Shown here piece by piece: positions 23,752-37,528 of a stretch of DNA of 64,000 bases. Both the position numbers and the translations under genes were made by a program. The notes beneath the pieces are model-generated. The model searched no databases. It saw only the letters and a program-made list of their open reading frames with translations, and was not told where the DNA came from. The stretch spans positions 124,001 to 188,000 of the forward strand of contig ML978124.1 in assembly GCA_010015805.1 (NCBI GenBank), in the 5' to 3' direction. This stretch comes from Rhizodiscina lignyota (Eukaryota). The number at the start of each line of letters is the position of its first letter. The stretch's first letter is position 1.

Positions 23752-25826
23752 ATGGCGTTATTTCAGAATCGAAAAGAAAATCTCCCTGGGGAGAAAGGCT
23801 CTGGGGTCCTTGTCTTGGGTGGTGTCCCCTCTGGCTCTCCTGTTGAAGGCATCTCGATCAGCGATACCTCGATTGATTGGACTCCAGAGGAAGAGAGGCG
23901 GTTGGTGCGAAGGTATACTGGTTTGAAAACCCGGGTGGACACAATTGTACTAACTGAATAGAATTGATTCAATTGTAATGCCACTGTTGATGCTTGCATT
24001 CTTTGCTCTTCAGTTGGACCGAGGAAACATGTAAGATCTCCAGATATGAAACAGCCATCTGTGAGGAAAATGGCTGCTTATGTAACCAGTGGGAACGCCC
24101 TTACAGATTTCTTCTTCCGCGACGTCGGCATCACCCAAAATCAGTTCAATATTGGGCAACAGCTTCTCTCAGTTGGCATCGTCCTACTTGAAGTTAGTTT
24201 ATAACGGCCGGCTTTGGTCGAAGAGCGTAGCCAGCTAAGTTTTGCCTTAGATACCGAGCAATTATATCCTTTACCGAATTGGACCATCAACATGGATCAG
24301 TGGACAAATTATCGCATGGTAAACATATCACAAGGTCTGACTTCCTTGGGTGTATCCGCTGATTTTGTCTCGCCAGGGGTCTGGTGGCTACTTTCCAGGC
24401 CTTTCAGAAGGGCCTCGGAGCGTACTTGAGCACGCGATTGCTTCTTGGGTAAGCATTGAACGTCCCGAAAATCGAAACGCGGAACTAATAACCGTCCCAG
24501 GTTGTGTGAGTCTGGCTTTATCCCAGCAGGTCTCTTCACTATCACGAGATGGTACAAGAAAGAAGAGACGAGTAAACGATTTGCTTGGTTCTTCATTGGC
24601 AATATGCTCGCTCAAGCGATAAGCGGCATCGTTGCATACGGAGTGTATGCAATACAAACACTTTCCTTGGTGGAGCCTGACCTGTAGTAGTCTTCATATG
24701 AGAGGGGTCTGTGGACTGGGAGGCTGGCAATGGCTCTTCCTGGCACGTCAAGGAGTTCTGTCTAATCAGTATTCTGGCTAACTAGAGACAGATCGAAGGC
24801 CTTTTCACCATTCTCGTGGGATTCATATTTGCCACGCTTTTCCCCAAGGGACCATCAGATCCGATATGTCTTGCGCGATTTCGTTATTTTAATGAACGCG
24901 AAAGCCGAATCTTGACCCTCAGAGTCCTGCAAGATGACCCTACCAAGGAATACTCTGCAAAAAACATCACTGGTAGTGAGATCAAGCGCACTGTTTGTCA
25001 ACGCCTTTTCAAAGGAGCGAATCTAGCACTAATCCTTTTCACAGCTGTCAAATTGGCGACTTCTTCCACATGTACTCTTCACGATTCTTGGATTAGCGCC
25101 ATCGTCAACAATGTGGTCGTATGCTCCCTCTATTGTGAACACCTTTGGCTATGAGCGACTTAGATCGAATGCACTGGTGTCAGTCGGCCAATGGATCCAG
25201 CTTGTTCTGAACGTGACTTGGGGGATTGTAGCGTTTGTACATTCCTGGCTACATTTTTGGACATAGCTGACCCCACTCAGCGACCGGATTGGCCAACGGG
25301 GCCCGCTGGTCTTCCTGGGTATGTTGCTTTGGTGGGTATTCGCTGTAAGTTCACCGTCATATCACGAACCTGGTCTAAAAATGCTGACGCCGAACATGTA
25401 GCTTGCTTGTAGACTTTTAATCTACTCGAAAGACGAACATAAGCGGTTCGCGATTTTGACACTTGCGATATCATGTTCTAGCATATGGCGTAAGTCAGAT
25501 ATTTTCCGCACAAAATGATGGAACTGTTATCTAAACAACTCCTTGCAGACCCCGTCAATGGCTCGTGGATGGCCCTGAACACTCGCTCCGCAGGGGAGCG
25601 ATCCATTACATTGGCAATATTCATCATGTCGGCAAACTGCTCGGGCATTATTGGCAGTCAACTCTTTCAACAGGCCGATGCACCATTGTATCGTACTGGA
25701 TGGACGGTCATAATATCCCTTATCTCTGTTGCTCTGTTGTGCACTATATGGGCAAATGTTCAATATCGGCTTTTCAACCGCAGGTTGGATGCAGAGGGAA
25801 AAGACAAAGTGCGATATCGATATTAA
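23752..25826 (+). CDS. MFS transporter, anion:cation symporter (allantoate/sulfonate permease-like) family, many introns
   Basis: DWTPEEERRLVRRID, LQLDRGN, EIPSN, CESGFIP, TRWYKKEETSKRFAWF, GWQWLFLIEG, DAPLYRTG. Confidence 0.92.
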
Positions 25827-26229
25827 AAGAGCATGATATCTCCACTACGCTCTATTGTCATATTTTAGATAAGACATGATGCTATATAAATTGAAACGAG
25901 GTATCTTCGTTTGCGTCGTAGAGCTTTCTGCAAAGTGGGAACTTCTCGGCCAATACCGTACCGCAGGCGAGATCTTAGAGTACGATTTCTAAACAGATGA
26001 ACAAACTAATAAAAGAAACTCAACCGAGAATATCGGGGCGTGCCTAAGGACACAAGGCATTATTAACCGGAGCTTCAGCACGCCATCAAGCTCTCAAATG
26101 GGGCAACTGTACTCTAGCGGGCCCCACTGTCTGGAACAACCATCCGACCAAGTATGTACACGTCCGGCCAACTCGCACAATTTCGACCCGCTGGGGCTTA
26201 TATAACCTGAAAAGTATACCAAACAATAA

Positions 26230-28035
<1,806 letters not shown>

Positions 28036-28211
28036 AGTCGTGAGACATGGATATTAATCTGTCGTCGGCTTTCGGACGACCATACTTCTCATGGCGGCAT
28101 CGCATTTGCTCCAACTGCCGCATCGATAGTTCCTCATCTCATGACTTTCCATCCTTTCACCACTTCCTCGAGGATCCAGAGCTTTGCAGTGCACGACATC
28201 ATAGAATGTCG

Positions 28212-29066
28212 TTAGTCCGAAACAGCATCATCGTCATCCGATAAGTAAAAGTCCACTTCTCCATCCAAAGAGTTCTCGGTACGAGTGTCATCGTCTTCAC
28301 CTAGGGCAAGCGTTTTGGCATTTGCCCTCTGTGGCGCTCCAATCTTGACCACCTTCTTGATCCCACCCTGCGCCCTCTCGTACCTGTATGAGATTTTCAC
28401 CACATTGTAGCTCACAGCAAACACTTGCTCAGTAGCGACGGTTTCCGAGACGTCAACGCCGGCCTTTCTTGTTGTTTTAGGTGCTATATTCGGATTACCG
28501 AAAGCCATTGGTGCGCCTGCGATTGCAGTGACTGGAACAGTGACGTTAATCCCGACACTTCTGGCTTTGGTCATGCCTCGCGTCCACTTCGTGCCGGTGG
28601 TGGTGAGAAAGCCTGTTACAAAGTACGCGTGGTTCTTTCCGCTCCTTGCAAACAGCTTCTCCACATCCGCGGAATAGTGATCATTGCTCATCAACGTGTC
28701 GAAAACGTCGGCGGGATCGTGCCCAAGCACGTATCTTTTGACCTCGTCGCTTTCGAGTTCAACTCGGAGTTCCGTTTCTCGGCCAAGGTCCAGGCCAAAT
28801 AGATCGCTGAGGCCAACAGAAATTGAGTTTTCTCTTGCGGTTGTGAGGATACTATGTGCATCTGTGCTGATGATTGGTGCTGGAAGAAGCGTTGGAATGA
28901 TGTCTTCTGGATTGTGCTTTGGTATCAGACTGCCGGAGGTTGGAGCTAGAGGCGCAAACTGCTCGGCTGGACGTAGCTTATGAGAAACAATGCGGCCGAG
29001 CAAAGTAAGTATAGTATCGGAGGGAAGCGGTTCAGGGAGTAGGAAAAACCGGCGAGGTGAAGTCAT
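28212..29066 (-). CDS. Gasdermin-like (RCD-1/HET-Q1-type) pore-forming protein, 284 aa, intronless
   Basis: Size and ordered motifs typical of fungal gasdermins: FFLLP..LGRIV..P, a beta-rich core, AYFVTG, a Gly/Ala-rich hairpin, VFAVSY..V, then LAL-G and a 29-aa acidic tail. Adjacent to a protease gene. True start is ATG 29066 (the track extends from a GTG). Confidence 0.8.
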   Translation of the reverse strand: MTSPRRFFLLPEPLPSDTILTLLGRIVSHKLRPAEQFAPLAPTSGSLIPKHNPEDIIPTLLPAPIISTDAHSILTTARENSISVGLSDLFGLDLGRETELRVELESDEVKRYVLGHDPADVFDTLMSNDHYSADVEKLFARSGKNHAYFVTGFLTTTGTKWTRGMTKARSVGINVTVPVTAIAGAPMAFGNPNIAPKTTRKAGVDVSETVATEQVFAVSYNVVKISYRYERAQGGIKKVVKIGAPQRANAKTLALGEDDDTRTENSLDGEVDFYLSDDDDAVSD

Positions 29067-29681
29067 TTGCGTGGGCAAACAATCAAAGACGCAATATCCT
29101 ACGGCGGGCTTAAAGTGGCTCAAGAATGACTGAAGCTTGCGGATCGGCAATCTTTGCACGGGCAAGGCACCTATTCTTTGAGGAATGAATGTCAAGAACA
29201 ACGTCGGGAAGTTTCCAATTGCACGATGGTACTGCGATATGTATGCCCTTCTCTCGAGGTCTAAATAGGAGCTTCTCACCGAGGTAAGTACGCACCGATG
29301 TCTGAGCCACAACGCCACTTGAAGAGTTCAAAGCTAGGCTCAGCCGCTCAATTTAGCTTGGCCGGCAGGCAGCAGGCTCCAGCGCCCCTATCAGAACGGC
29401 GACAACCGCACTTTACCGATAGCAAGCATGCTTACGACCTGTGGAAATGGGATTTCTAAAGCCACTCTATACTCGTATCTTCTGTCGGAGCACGAATGAT
29501 CAATATGAGTTGATTGAGGAACGAAGCTCTCAAGGAGAAGTGCACGGTTATACATAATACAAGAGCGCTAAGACGCACTGATCACTTCCTGGCATCTTCA
29601 TATCGAGCTTGATAGCCTTGATTGCTCTCCACACTTTCTGTTTGACGTAGGGGCTCTCTATCTATCAACGTTCCGCTCACC

Positions 29682-32600
29682 ATGTCCTCGGCAAGTCGTA
29701 ACACAATCCAGATAATTTCGACGTCTGCCGACAAGAGCCATCAAGCGACCGAAAACTCTAACACGACCCGACGCTGTTGGTATGTGGATGTCGTTCCACC
29801 AAGTCCCGCAAAGCCTCACACTGTTCTCCTGTCCGATCCATTCAATGAAGAACAAAACTCCGAATGCTCATGGTACCTCAACAAGTATGTGCAGCACGAA
29901 CCCTTCTCCGAAAGGAGAGCAAAAGAAGCCTTGCAACAATTGAAAACATATGGTACTCGACTCATTCAAGACCTCGAACTTCGTGACGTTGTTGAAAAAC
30001 TCTCCAAGTCCGGTGAACCCATAACAATATCTGTTGCCAACAACGGTCCTTCCGAAGACAACATATATATTGCCTGTACTGGGAAATTCTCGAAGACCCC
30101 GAAGTATGGGAAGTCAATGGGCTGGAGTTGATCATCGTTCGAGACTCACAATCCGATGTGCCCGCAACAAACTCTCCGCAACTGGACCTGGTTGGACATC
30201 AAATCAATATCCTCCTCGTTCTGGCACGTGATTTGCGCAGAGAAGTCTCATTACGAGAAGAGATCAATCCACATTTGGCCTTTGGCGTCTTGTTCAGCCT
30301 GAAGAATGAACTTCGGAAGCGAAATACACCCATCCAGCTAAATATAAACATTGTTCGCCCGGGTAGCTTCGAAGCATTGGAATCACACCTCAAAGAGACC
30401 GAAAACCAACATGGAAAAGGATTTTTTCACATTGTGCATTTTGATTTACACGGAATCATATCTACAGATTCCCAAGCAAACCTTTTGTTCAATTCTTCGT
30501 CTCCAAGCGATTTCGTGACCCAACCGGAGCCTGTCGAGAAAGTTGCAGGAATTCTTCATCAGTTTGGGATCACCTCGGTGGTTCTAAATGCCTGCGACTC
30601 AGCCAACACAAGCCGGGGAGTCGAAGCAAATGCTTCAGATCAATTCATCAACCAAGGAGTGATGAACGTCCTTGCCATCTCGTTCAAAATAACTTCCACT
30701 GCTGCCGAAGTCTTTCTTCATTCATTCTATCACTCTCTCATCCTGGGTGGCCATGGATTTTACTCAGCAGCACAGCGAGGACGACGTGCTCTCCGTGCCG
30801 ACATTTGCCGGGATGCACGATTCAACCTCAAAAGAGATCTCAACGACAGCTTCGTACCAGTTACGTACACTTCCGGAAATGAATCAAAGTTCCAAATTCC
30901 AAATTCGATCACAGCGAGCGAAACCGAAGATAGTTCGATACGGACAAAGACAAAGCAGATCTGGACATCAGCGCTCGAAAGCCAGCTCCTCGCCGAAAAG
31001 CTTATTGGACGAGAGTTGGACCTGCTTCGACTTGAAAAGAAACTAATTGCGGAAAAGTGCCTACATCTCTCTGGCCGAGCTGGTGTTGGCAAGACCTCCC
31101 TCCTTATTCATGCCATTGAAATATGGATGGGTACTTCATTTTTTGAAGTTTTTGTTGGGATTACTTTTCCTCCATTGGACTTTAACAACTATAAAAGCCC
31201 AATATTCGCTTCATTTGATGACTTCCTACAAGCATATATCAACGAATTGCCACTGCAATCTGCAGACAAAGAAGAGCTTTCAAAAGAATCACCACCAATT
31301 TCGGAACCGGCACCGGTATACTTTACACGCAGGATTCACCATCTTCTCTCTACTGTTAACTCGCTTCTGGTTTTTGATAGCCTTCATACACTCTACGTCG
31401 GAATGAAAATCAGCGATGAGATTGACAAGCTGGTGTCAGATATAAATCTGTTCATGGCAACACTTTTGACATTCTCTCGAGAAGTTGCGAACGAGAAGAA
31501 ATTATACATTATTTTCTCCTCTCGATGTAACAAGGTTCTTCATCCAGAGTTGGTGAAAGGAGTCAAATGGGACTTCTCAGATGGGCAATTTGATGTCGAG
31601 AGTCTGCCATTATCGGCATCAATGCAGCTGGCTCGGTCAGCCATTTCCAACTTAGCTCCCAAATCTCCTGAGCTCGCAGATGGAGATATGGCAGAGCTTG
31701 AACTTCTTCTTGGTCTCTTGGACGGAAACCCATCTGCTATCCTGCATGTTATGCAAGGGAAATCCGCAACCCAAAGTTGGGCCGAATATCGTCGCCAAGT
31801 CCATCTTGGAATTCTTCCCCCTCTTGGTGAAGACAAAAATGAACCTGTCTATGGGGAAATCGGTCGTTTTGTTGGTCGTTTGTCCGAAGAAGTAATTTCC
31901 GGACTGATCTACTACAGTCTGTTCTGGAAAGAGGGCATGCCATTGACATCAACTATAGCAGAACTCCATCTACTTGGACTCATGTCTTTTACCGAAACAA
32001 CAGTACATTCGCTTAACTTTACAGCTGATAGGGGATTTATCGATTGGAAGCGAGCAGGGGACGATGCCGAAATACCTTGGATCCACCCGCTGATGACGCT
32101 TTGCGCCAGGTCCTACGCACAAGAATACGCCCAGAACCAAACCAATGTGGCCACCTCACCCACAGAAGTTATTTCTTCTGCTGTGCTTGCTGCCTTGGGG
32201 CAATCATACTCAATTTTGATACCAGAAGACAAAATAGTCGCCATCAACAAAGTCCCGCAGTTATTCCTTACTTCGGTTGAAAAGCATAGCATGAAGCGGT
32301 TCATTAGCGTTTACCTCAAAGGCTACAATTACAATGATGCCTTTTCAAACTGGGCGAAGGAATCTGCGAATTTAGAGACTTGTATTGCCATCTGCTTGCG
32401 AAATCCGCCTTCGTCCATCGATCAGCTGCCGCTTGATTTCTTTGGTCAATGCGTTTCTGGTATCAGAATGACTGGCTCTCCCGCTGAAATTAGCCTGTTC
32501 AGTAAACTCTTCGTCGAATTCTTCCAGCTTGTCATCTCCATCAACAAAGGCCTTGCATTCGGCCCTGATGACGATAGTCAGCGGTTCTCTTTGGTCATGT

Positions 32601-34316
32601 CAACGTGTCTCGCCGCCATGTATAACAGCGAGCTTCTGCAGAAGGAAAAGTTCAGCGAATACAGTCAACTGGCTGTTGATATCATCAGGGCGTCGGAGAA
32701 AGAGTTTGGCCCGTACCAAAACCATCGCGTTCAATACATGAAAGGCCTTGCTCTGAGGTACCGGGGAATGAGCCTAATCACAGAGGGCAAAGCAGAAGCT
32801 GCCAACGAATATTTCCAGGAGATGCTAGACTTGGAAGGCGGCCTGCTCCAGGAACCAGAAAAGTTGGCCTTTGGTTTCACGAAAGATCAAGTTGACGATG
32901 TCATTCAGAACCTGGGTCTGACGGGTGAAGAAGCAGCCACTAAAGAAGAGCAATTGAAGAACATGGCTTCCGGCTCGTACTGGACCACTTACATGAAGAG
33001 CCGACGCAACATCATGCGGGTCACGACCTTGCCAGCGATGGCGGAGAAAGAGGGAGACTCAGTTCTTTCTTCAAGGGCATTTCGGGGAATCCTTGCAAAA
33101 GCCAGTGCAGGAATGAAACAGGTGCTTGAGCAGGGAGAGGCCATGGGCATGCAGGGCATCGAGCAAGACACAAGATGGTGGCCAGAAGGGGTTGACTTGA
33201 ATTACTACGTTCGAAGACAGGCCGATACCACAGAGAAACTTCGAGCGTTCGAGGACGCAGTGAACTCTGGAGACTCCGCAAGAGTTCAAAAGCTGCAAAG
33301 CGAAATGTTTATGCAGTCTTTAAAGACGCTCGATATGGAAGGTGCTTATTCAATTCTGGCTGAAATGCACAAGTCACTGGGCACGAATGCTTCTGACAAC
33401 GCATCAATATTACCATTGAGCATGGGCAGAGATCTTATGGAAGTTGGTCAACATGCTCAAGGGAGATAAAGGAGAAGTTACGGGAGAGCAAAACCAAGAG
33501 ATCGCACAAAGCGCACTTTCAAACGCGATCGATATTGCGACAACCCGAGGCGACGATCCAAATGCAATTGAAGCTCTTAAGATTTGGAAGGAACTCCCAA
33601 GCACTAGAATGTCGGGGATACAATTTACAACTCGAGAAGTAGAGAGGGTACAGAAGTTCATGAAACTGCAACTTGAAGGGGCTTCGAGTATGCAAGTCTC
33701 GCCGAGCCGTCGAGCAGATATCCAGCTGAAACATGCCCAACTCATGATGAGCTACGAACAAGCCCTGTTTAGTGGCAATGTAGATGAGACAAGGGACTGT
33801 CTGAATGGTCTGGAAGAGTTCATTCAATTGCCTGAAACTGGTCATTATGGCGCTCTATACGATGATGAATGGTTTCACAATGCTCGTGGACGCCTGGAAA
33901 GCCTCGATCAATTTGCAGAGGCATCGATAAAGTGGAACGAGCATATGTCAGAAAACAATTTCCAGGCTGCTCTCGACATCATTTCTGAATTTGAGAAAGG
34001 GCTTGATCCGGCCATCGCAATGGACGCTAGGCTTGTTCGTTCAGAGGTCTTGGGTGAAATGGAGCTAACGGCGGTCAAGAATTGGCTTTCTATGACCCTT
34101 CAACAGCTGCCTGTCAACCCACATAAGGCTGGATATCGAAAAACTTCTGAAGATCTGGAAACCATTTCTAATTACTTGCACCAATCAGACAGAATTGCAA
34201 GTACCGAAAAGGGACGAGAACTCATAGACACTGTTGCTTCGAAATTAGCTGTGGTGAGCTTGCTGAATGACATGACTCCTGAGGAACCCGAGCCTCGAAG
34301 ATTTGTCCTAATGTAG
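29682..34316 (+). pseudogene. CHAT (caspase-like) protease + NB-ARC-like P-loop NTPase + helical/TPR-like NLR, ~1543 aa when reconstructed; two frameshifts
   Basis: LSDPF..WYL N-terminus, YWEILEDP, catalytic HFDLHG (His 30449) and VVLNAC (Cys 30593), Walker A GRAGVGKT (31073-31096), Walker B LLVFD, LDGNPSAI, WIHPL, TPR-like helices. Frame breaks at 30063-30070 and ~33440. Confidence 0.85.
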
Positions 34317-34566
34317 ACAGAATGCATTGCCGGTTTCTGTGGCGTAGAATGTCGAGTCAGCCGCAAGGAAGCGAAGCTGAGCTAGTCAAGCTTGTATATA
34401 GAGGCTGGTGTGCATACCTTTAGGAACGAGAAGTGCATTCAATCCCATTAGTGGAGATCGCAAGCTTGAGAATGAGATCCTTTCGTCATTGCAGGTACTG
34501 ACGCGATGCCATTCGACAGCATGATATATATTATAGCCAAGATCGATGGATGACCCCTCGAGGCTC

Positions 34567-35985
34567 TCACTCGATAACAATGGACTCCACCACTGCGTAG
34601 TCGATATGGTCTTTCCGCAGACCAGGAACCGGACCCAGGCACACTGCATACAGTGCGATTCGTTCAATGAATTTGTTTACGTCTAGCTGACGCATTTGAG
34701 GCCCGGTCACTCTCGAATGTGTCACTCGAGGCCTGTCGAAAAATCCTGATGTGATGTTAATAGATTCCGTTGAGCGCGCAATTGGGTCGTTTCCATTCCA
34801 TAATGCGTCTGAGGTGGTATCTTCAATATGTCTTGGCGTCATAGAGAGATATTTAGCGGGAAGTGGTAGTAGTGACTGTGCAGAGTGGACCCGCGGAATC
34901 GAAATGCCCTGCAGTTCGAGATACTCCTGCACATCCGCCGCCTCAAGCCACTCCCCTTGCAAAAGCGGCAAATCTGTAGCAAGTCTTGTCCTTGTTCGTC
35001 CATACGCAAGATTCTGTACATACGGCGGCGGAAGTCGCGGCACAAGAGCTGTATCCTGTCCTTCAATGGAACGATACATTTTCGGCAATTTGCTCATCGC
35101 AAGCGTATTGTAGAAAAAGAAGTCACCGAGGTGGCTCTTTGGAACGGATAGTGCTTCTCTCGCCATAGCTAAGCATCTCTCGAACGATTCGATATTCAAG
35201 GGAATTGTCATCGCCGGTAGAATCTTGTCCTCGGGAAGATTTTGGAAGGTATATAGACGGTATGATCGCTCAAGGCAAGCTCGAAGATATTGGTCTACAA
35301 AGCCTGCATTTTCCCTTGATGGTGCCTGAGGCCAGAGCATGAGAGGCCTCGTTGGCGCTGGAGTATGATGCACTGATTTCAAACTTCGAGGTCTTGAATG
35401 TTGGGGTTTTGCGCGCTTTGCGATCGGATTCGCGGGCTCGGTCTGACTTTCGTCTTTTTCTTTTGGGAGTGAATTATGCTCTGGTTCTCTTTCAGATTCC
35501 ACCCTGCTTGCTGGCACATCTTGTGGTGCTTGCTCTTGTCCCAAGGCATCTCGTGAGGTGGCGGCGATTTCGAGCGCCGTATTTCCGAGTTCCAGGGTGA
35601 AGCATGGCGGCAGATCTTCCGTACCCGATTTGACAACTCGCTGATGGAACCTTGTGAACGAATCAATTACTTTCCCAAGCGCCGTATTGAGATTGTCTGC
35701 TCGTGTCTTGAGCTGGGCGAGTTCATGCTCCTTCCGTTCCCGGTACGTCCGCTGAGCAATGCGCGTGCGAATTCTTCGAAGCTTCAATTTATCAGCGTAA
35801 ACCATGATCTGTAGGCATACGACTACAGCCTTTCTCCGGAAGAGACATACGGAAGATGCATCTTTCACCGTGTTGAGATCAACATCCATCCGCGGACGAC
35901 CTGAACTCCGCGGGCTCGAGCGGCTATGTCGGCCAAGCTCCTTCGTGCGGACCACTGCAGTATCTTCAACTTGTTGCTCCGACAT
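34567..35985 (-). CDS. bZIP transcription factor
   Basis: Basic region RRIRTRIAQRTYRERKE followed by a leucine heptad. In-frame 69-nt intron 35850-35782 (GTATGT..GCTGAT..AAG). Fungal bZIP-type C-terminus GEWL..DVQEYL..CLGPVPG. Confidence 0.85.
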   Translation of the reverse strand: MSEQQVEDTAVVRTKELGRHSRSSPRSSGRPRMDVDLNTVKDASSVCLFRRKAVVVCLQIMVYADKLKLRRIRTRIAQRTYRERKEHELAQLKTRADNLNTALGKVIDSFTRFHQRVVKSGTEDLPPCFTLELGNTALEIAATSRDALGQEQAPQDVPASRVESEREPEHNSLPKEKDESQTEPANPIAKRAKPQHSRPRSLKSVHHTPAPTRPLMLWPQAPSRENAGFVDQYLRACLERSYRLYTFQNLPEDKILPAMTIPLNIESFERCLAMAREALSVPKSHLGDFFFYNTLAMSKLPKMYRSIEGQDTALVPRLPPPYVQNLAYGRTRTRLATDLPLLQGEWLEAADVQEYLELQGISIPRVHSAQSLLPLPAKYLSMTPRHIEDTTSDALWNGNDPIARSTESINITSGFFDRPRVTHSRVTGPQMRQLDVNKFIERIALYAVCLGPVPGLRKDHIDYAVVESIVIE

Positions 35986-36339
35986 TCTACAAAAGGGTTG
36001 AACAAAATATTCTGAAATTGCCTCTTGCGAAGAGCGTGTGAGATTTTCGTGGGATTCAAGGTGGCTGCGCTTCTTGGCTTGCGAGTTGAGCGAATGACAA
36101 ACAATTTGTCTGAGACTTGAGAGCCAATCGATCTGACCGGGGTGAAGTACAAGGATTAGTAAGAGAGCATACTGGAAAAATGAAGCTGGAATAGCGGACG
36201 AAAATGGGAGGCAAAGGTTAAAATATAAATCGAAGATGTCGAACTGCCCGATATTCAAGAAATTCATTCAGCCACTCAGTCTCCGTTCCACACTATTTCA
36301 AAAGTCGCCGTCAATCTTCAAATAGTCCGTCTTGTTAAA

Positions 36340-37528
36340 ATGACCACCAACAAGACTGCCCCGGTGCTCTCAATCGGTACCCACACATGGAATACAACTC
36401 CAGAGAGCCAGTCGTCAATCCAAGAAATTCTAAATGTGATGCGCAAGCATGGAATTAAGAAATTAGACACCGCAAGATCATATGTTCGTCCGAACCAGAC
36501 CCCGAAGCTTGGCAACAATACCACATGACTGACGAGATCTCCAGGGACAAGGCGAGTCCGAAGCCGTCATTGGAAATCTCGGCCTTCCCAAAGAATTCGA
36601 AGTCGCGACCAAAGCCGCGACCGGAACTTGGGAAGGCGCGGGGAAAAGAGAGCATGTTCTTGAAGGTGCACAGTTGAGCTTGGATGCTTTAAGGATTTCC
36701 AAAGTAGGTAACAGTTAATCTCGTTTTGGAATATGGTGATGCGAACGGTCCGGTAATAGTTGTGATACACAGATACCGATTTACTTCTTGCATGCACCGG
36801 ATGAAACCACGCCTGTAGCGGATACTATGAGCGCGATCCAAGAGCTGTACGAACATGGACACTTCGAAAAGGTGGGCCGGGTGACTTGCTGCCCCGTGAA
36901 GTGCCACATGCTGACCGCATCAAAGTTCGGGCTATCCAACTTCACCCGAGACCAAGTTGTCGAACTACATTCATATGCGAAATCAAATGGTCTCGTACTC
37001 CCGACTGTATATCAGTCAAGCTACAGCCTCGCAGTCCGACTGAATGAGGAGGGTCTCTTCCCGACGTTGCGCGAGCTTGGCTTCTCTATCCAAGCGTATT
37101 CCCCAATGGCTGCCGGGCTCTTGGCCAAAACTCCAGAATACATCGAACAGGGTAAAGGAAGCTGGGATCCTAAGACGCCTTCAGGTATTGTCTACAACTA
37201 TCAGTACAACAAGCCGGAGTACATGCAGATGCTACGCGAGTATGCCGCCCTTTCCGAAAAGTCCGGTGTTAGTCGGACTGGACTTGCGTACAGGTGGATC
37301 AGGTACCATTCCATGTTGGATGGTAGCTTGGGTGATGAAATGATTATTGGCGCAGCTTCCGCTAACCAGTTGGAAGAGACTTTGGAAGAGCTGGAAAAGG
37401 GGCCATTGGAGCCTTGGGCCGTAAAGATAATCGATGAGCTGTGGGATGTAGTGAAAGGAGTTGCTCCAGTAGACAACTTGGAAGCGATACGACATTTGGT
37501 TAAGAAACTCTCCGCTGGAAATTCGTAA
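36340..37528 (+). CDS. Aldo-keto reductase (aflatoxin-aldehyde reductase/AKR7-like), multi-exon
   Basis: LDTARSYG..SE, VATK, YLLHAPD, FGLSNF, PTVYQ..Y, AYSPMAAGLL, IIGAAS..QLEE. Confidence 0.93.

Noticed and set aside
29067..29318. 84-aa N-terminal extension of the gasdermin ORF in the track
   Set aside because: Starts at GTG; family-like sequence begins at ATG 29066.
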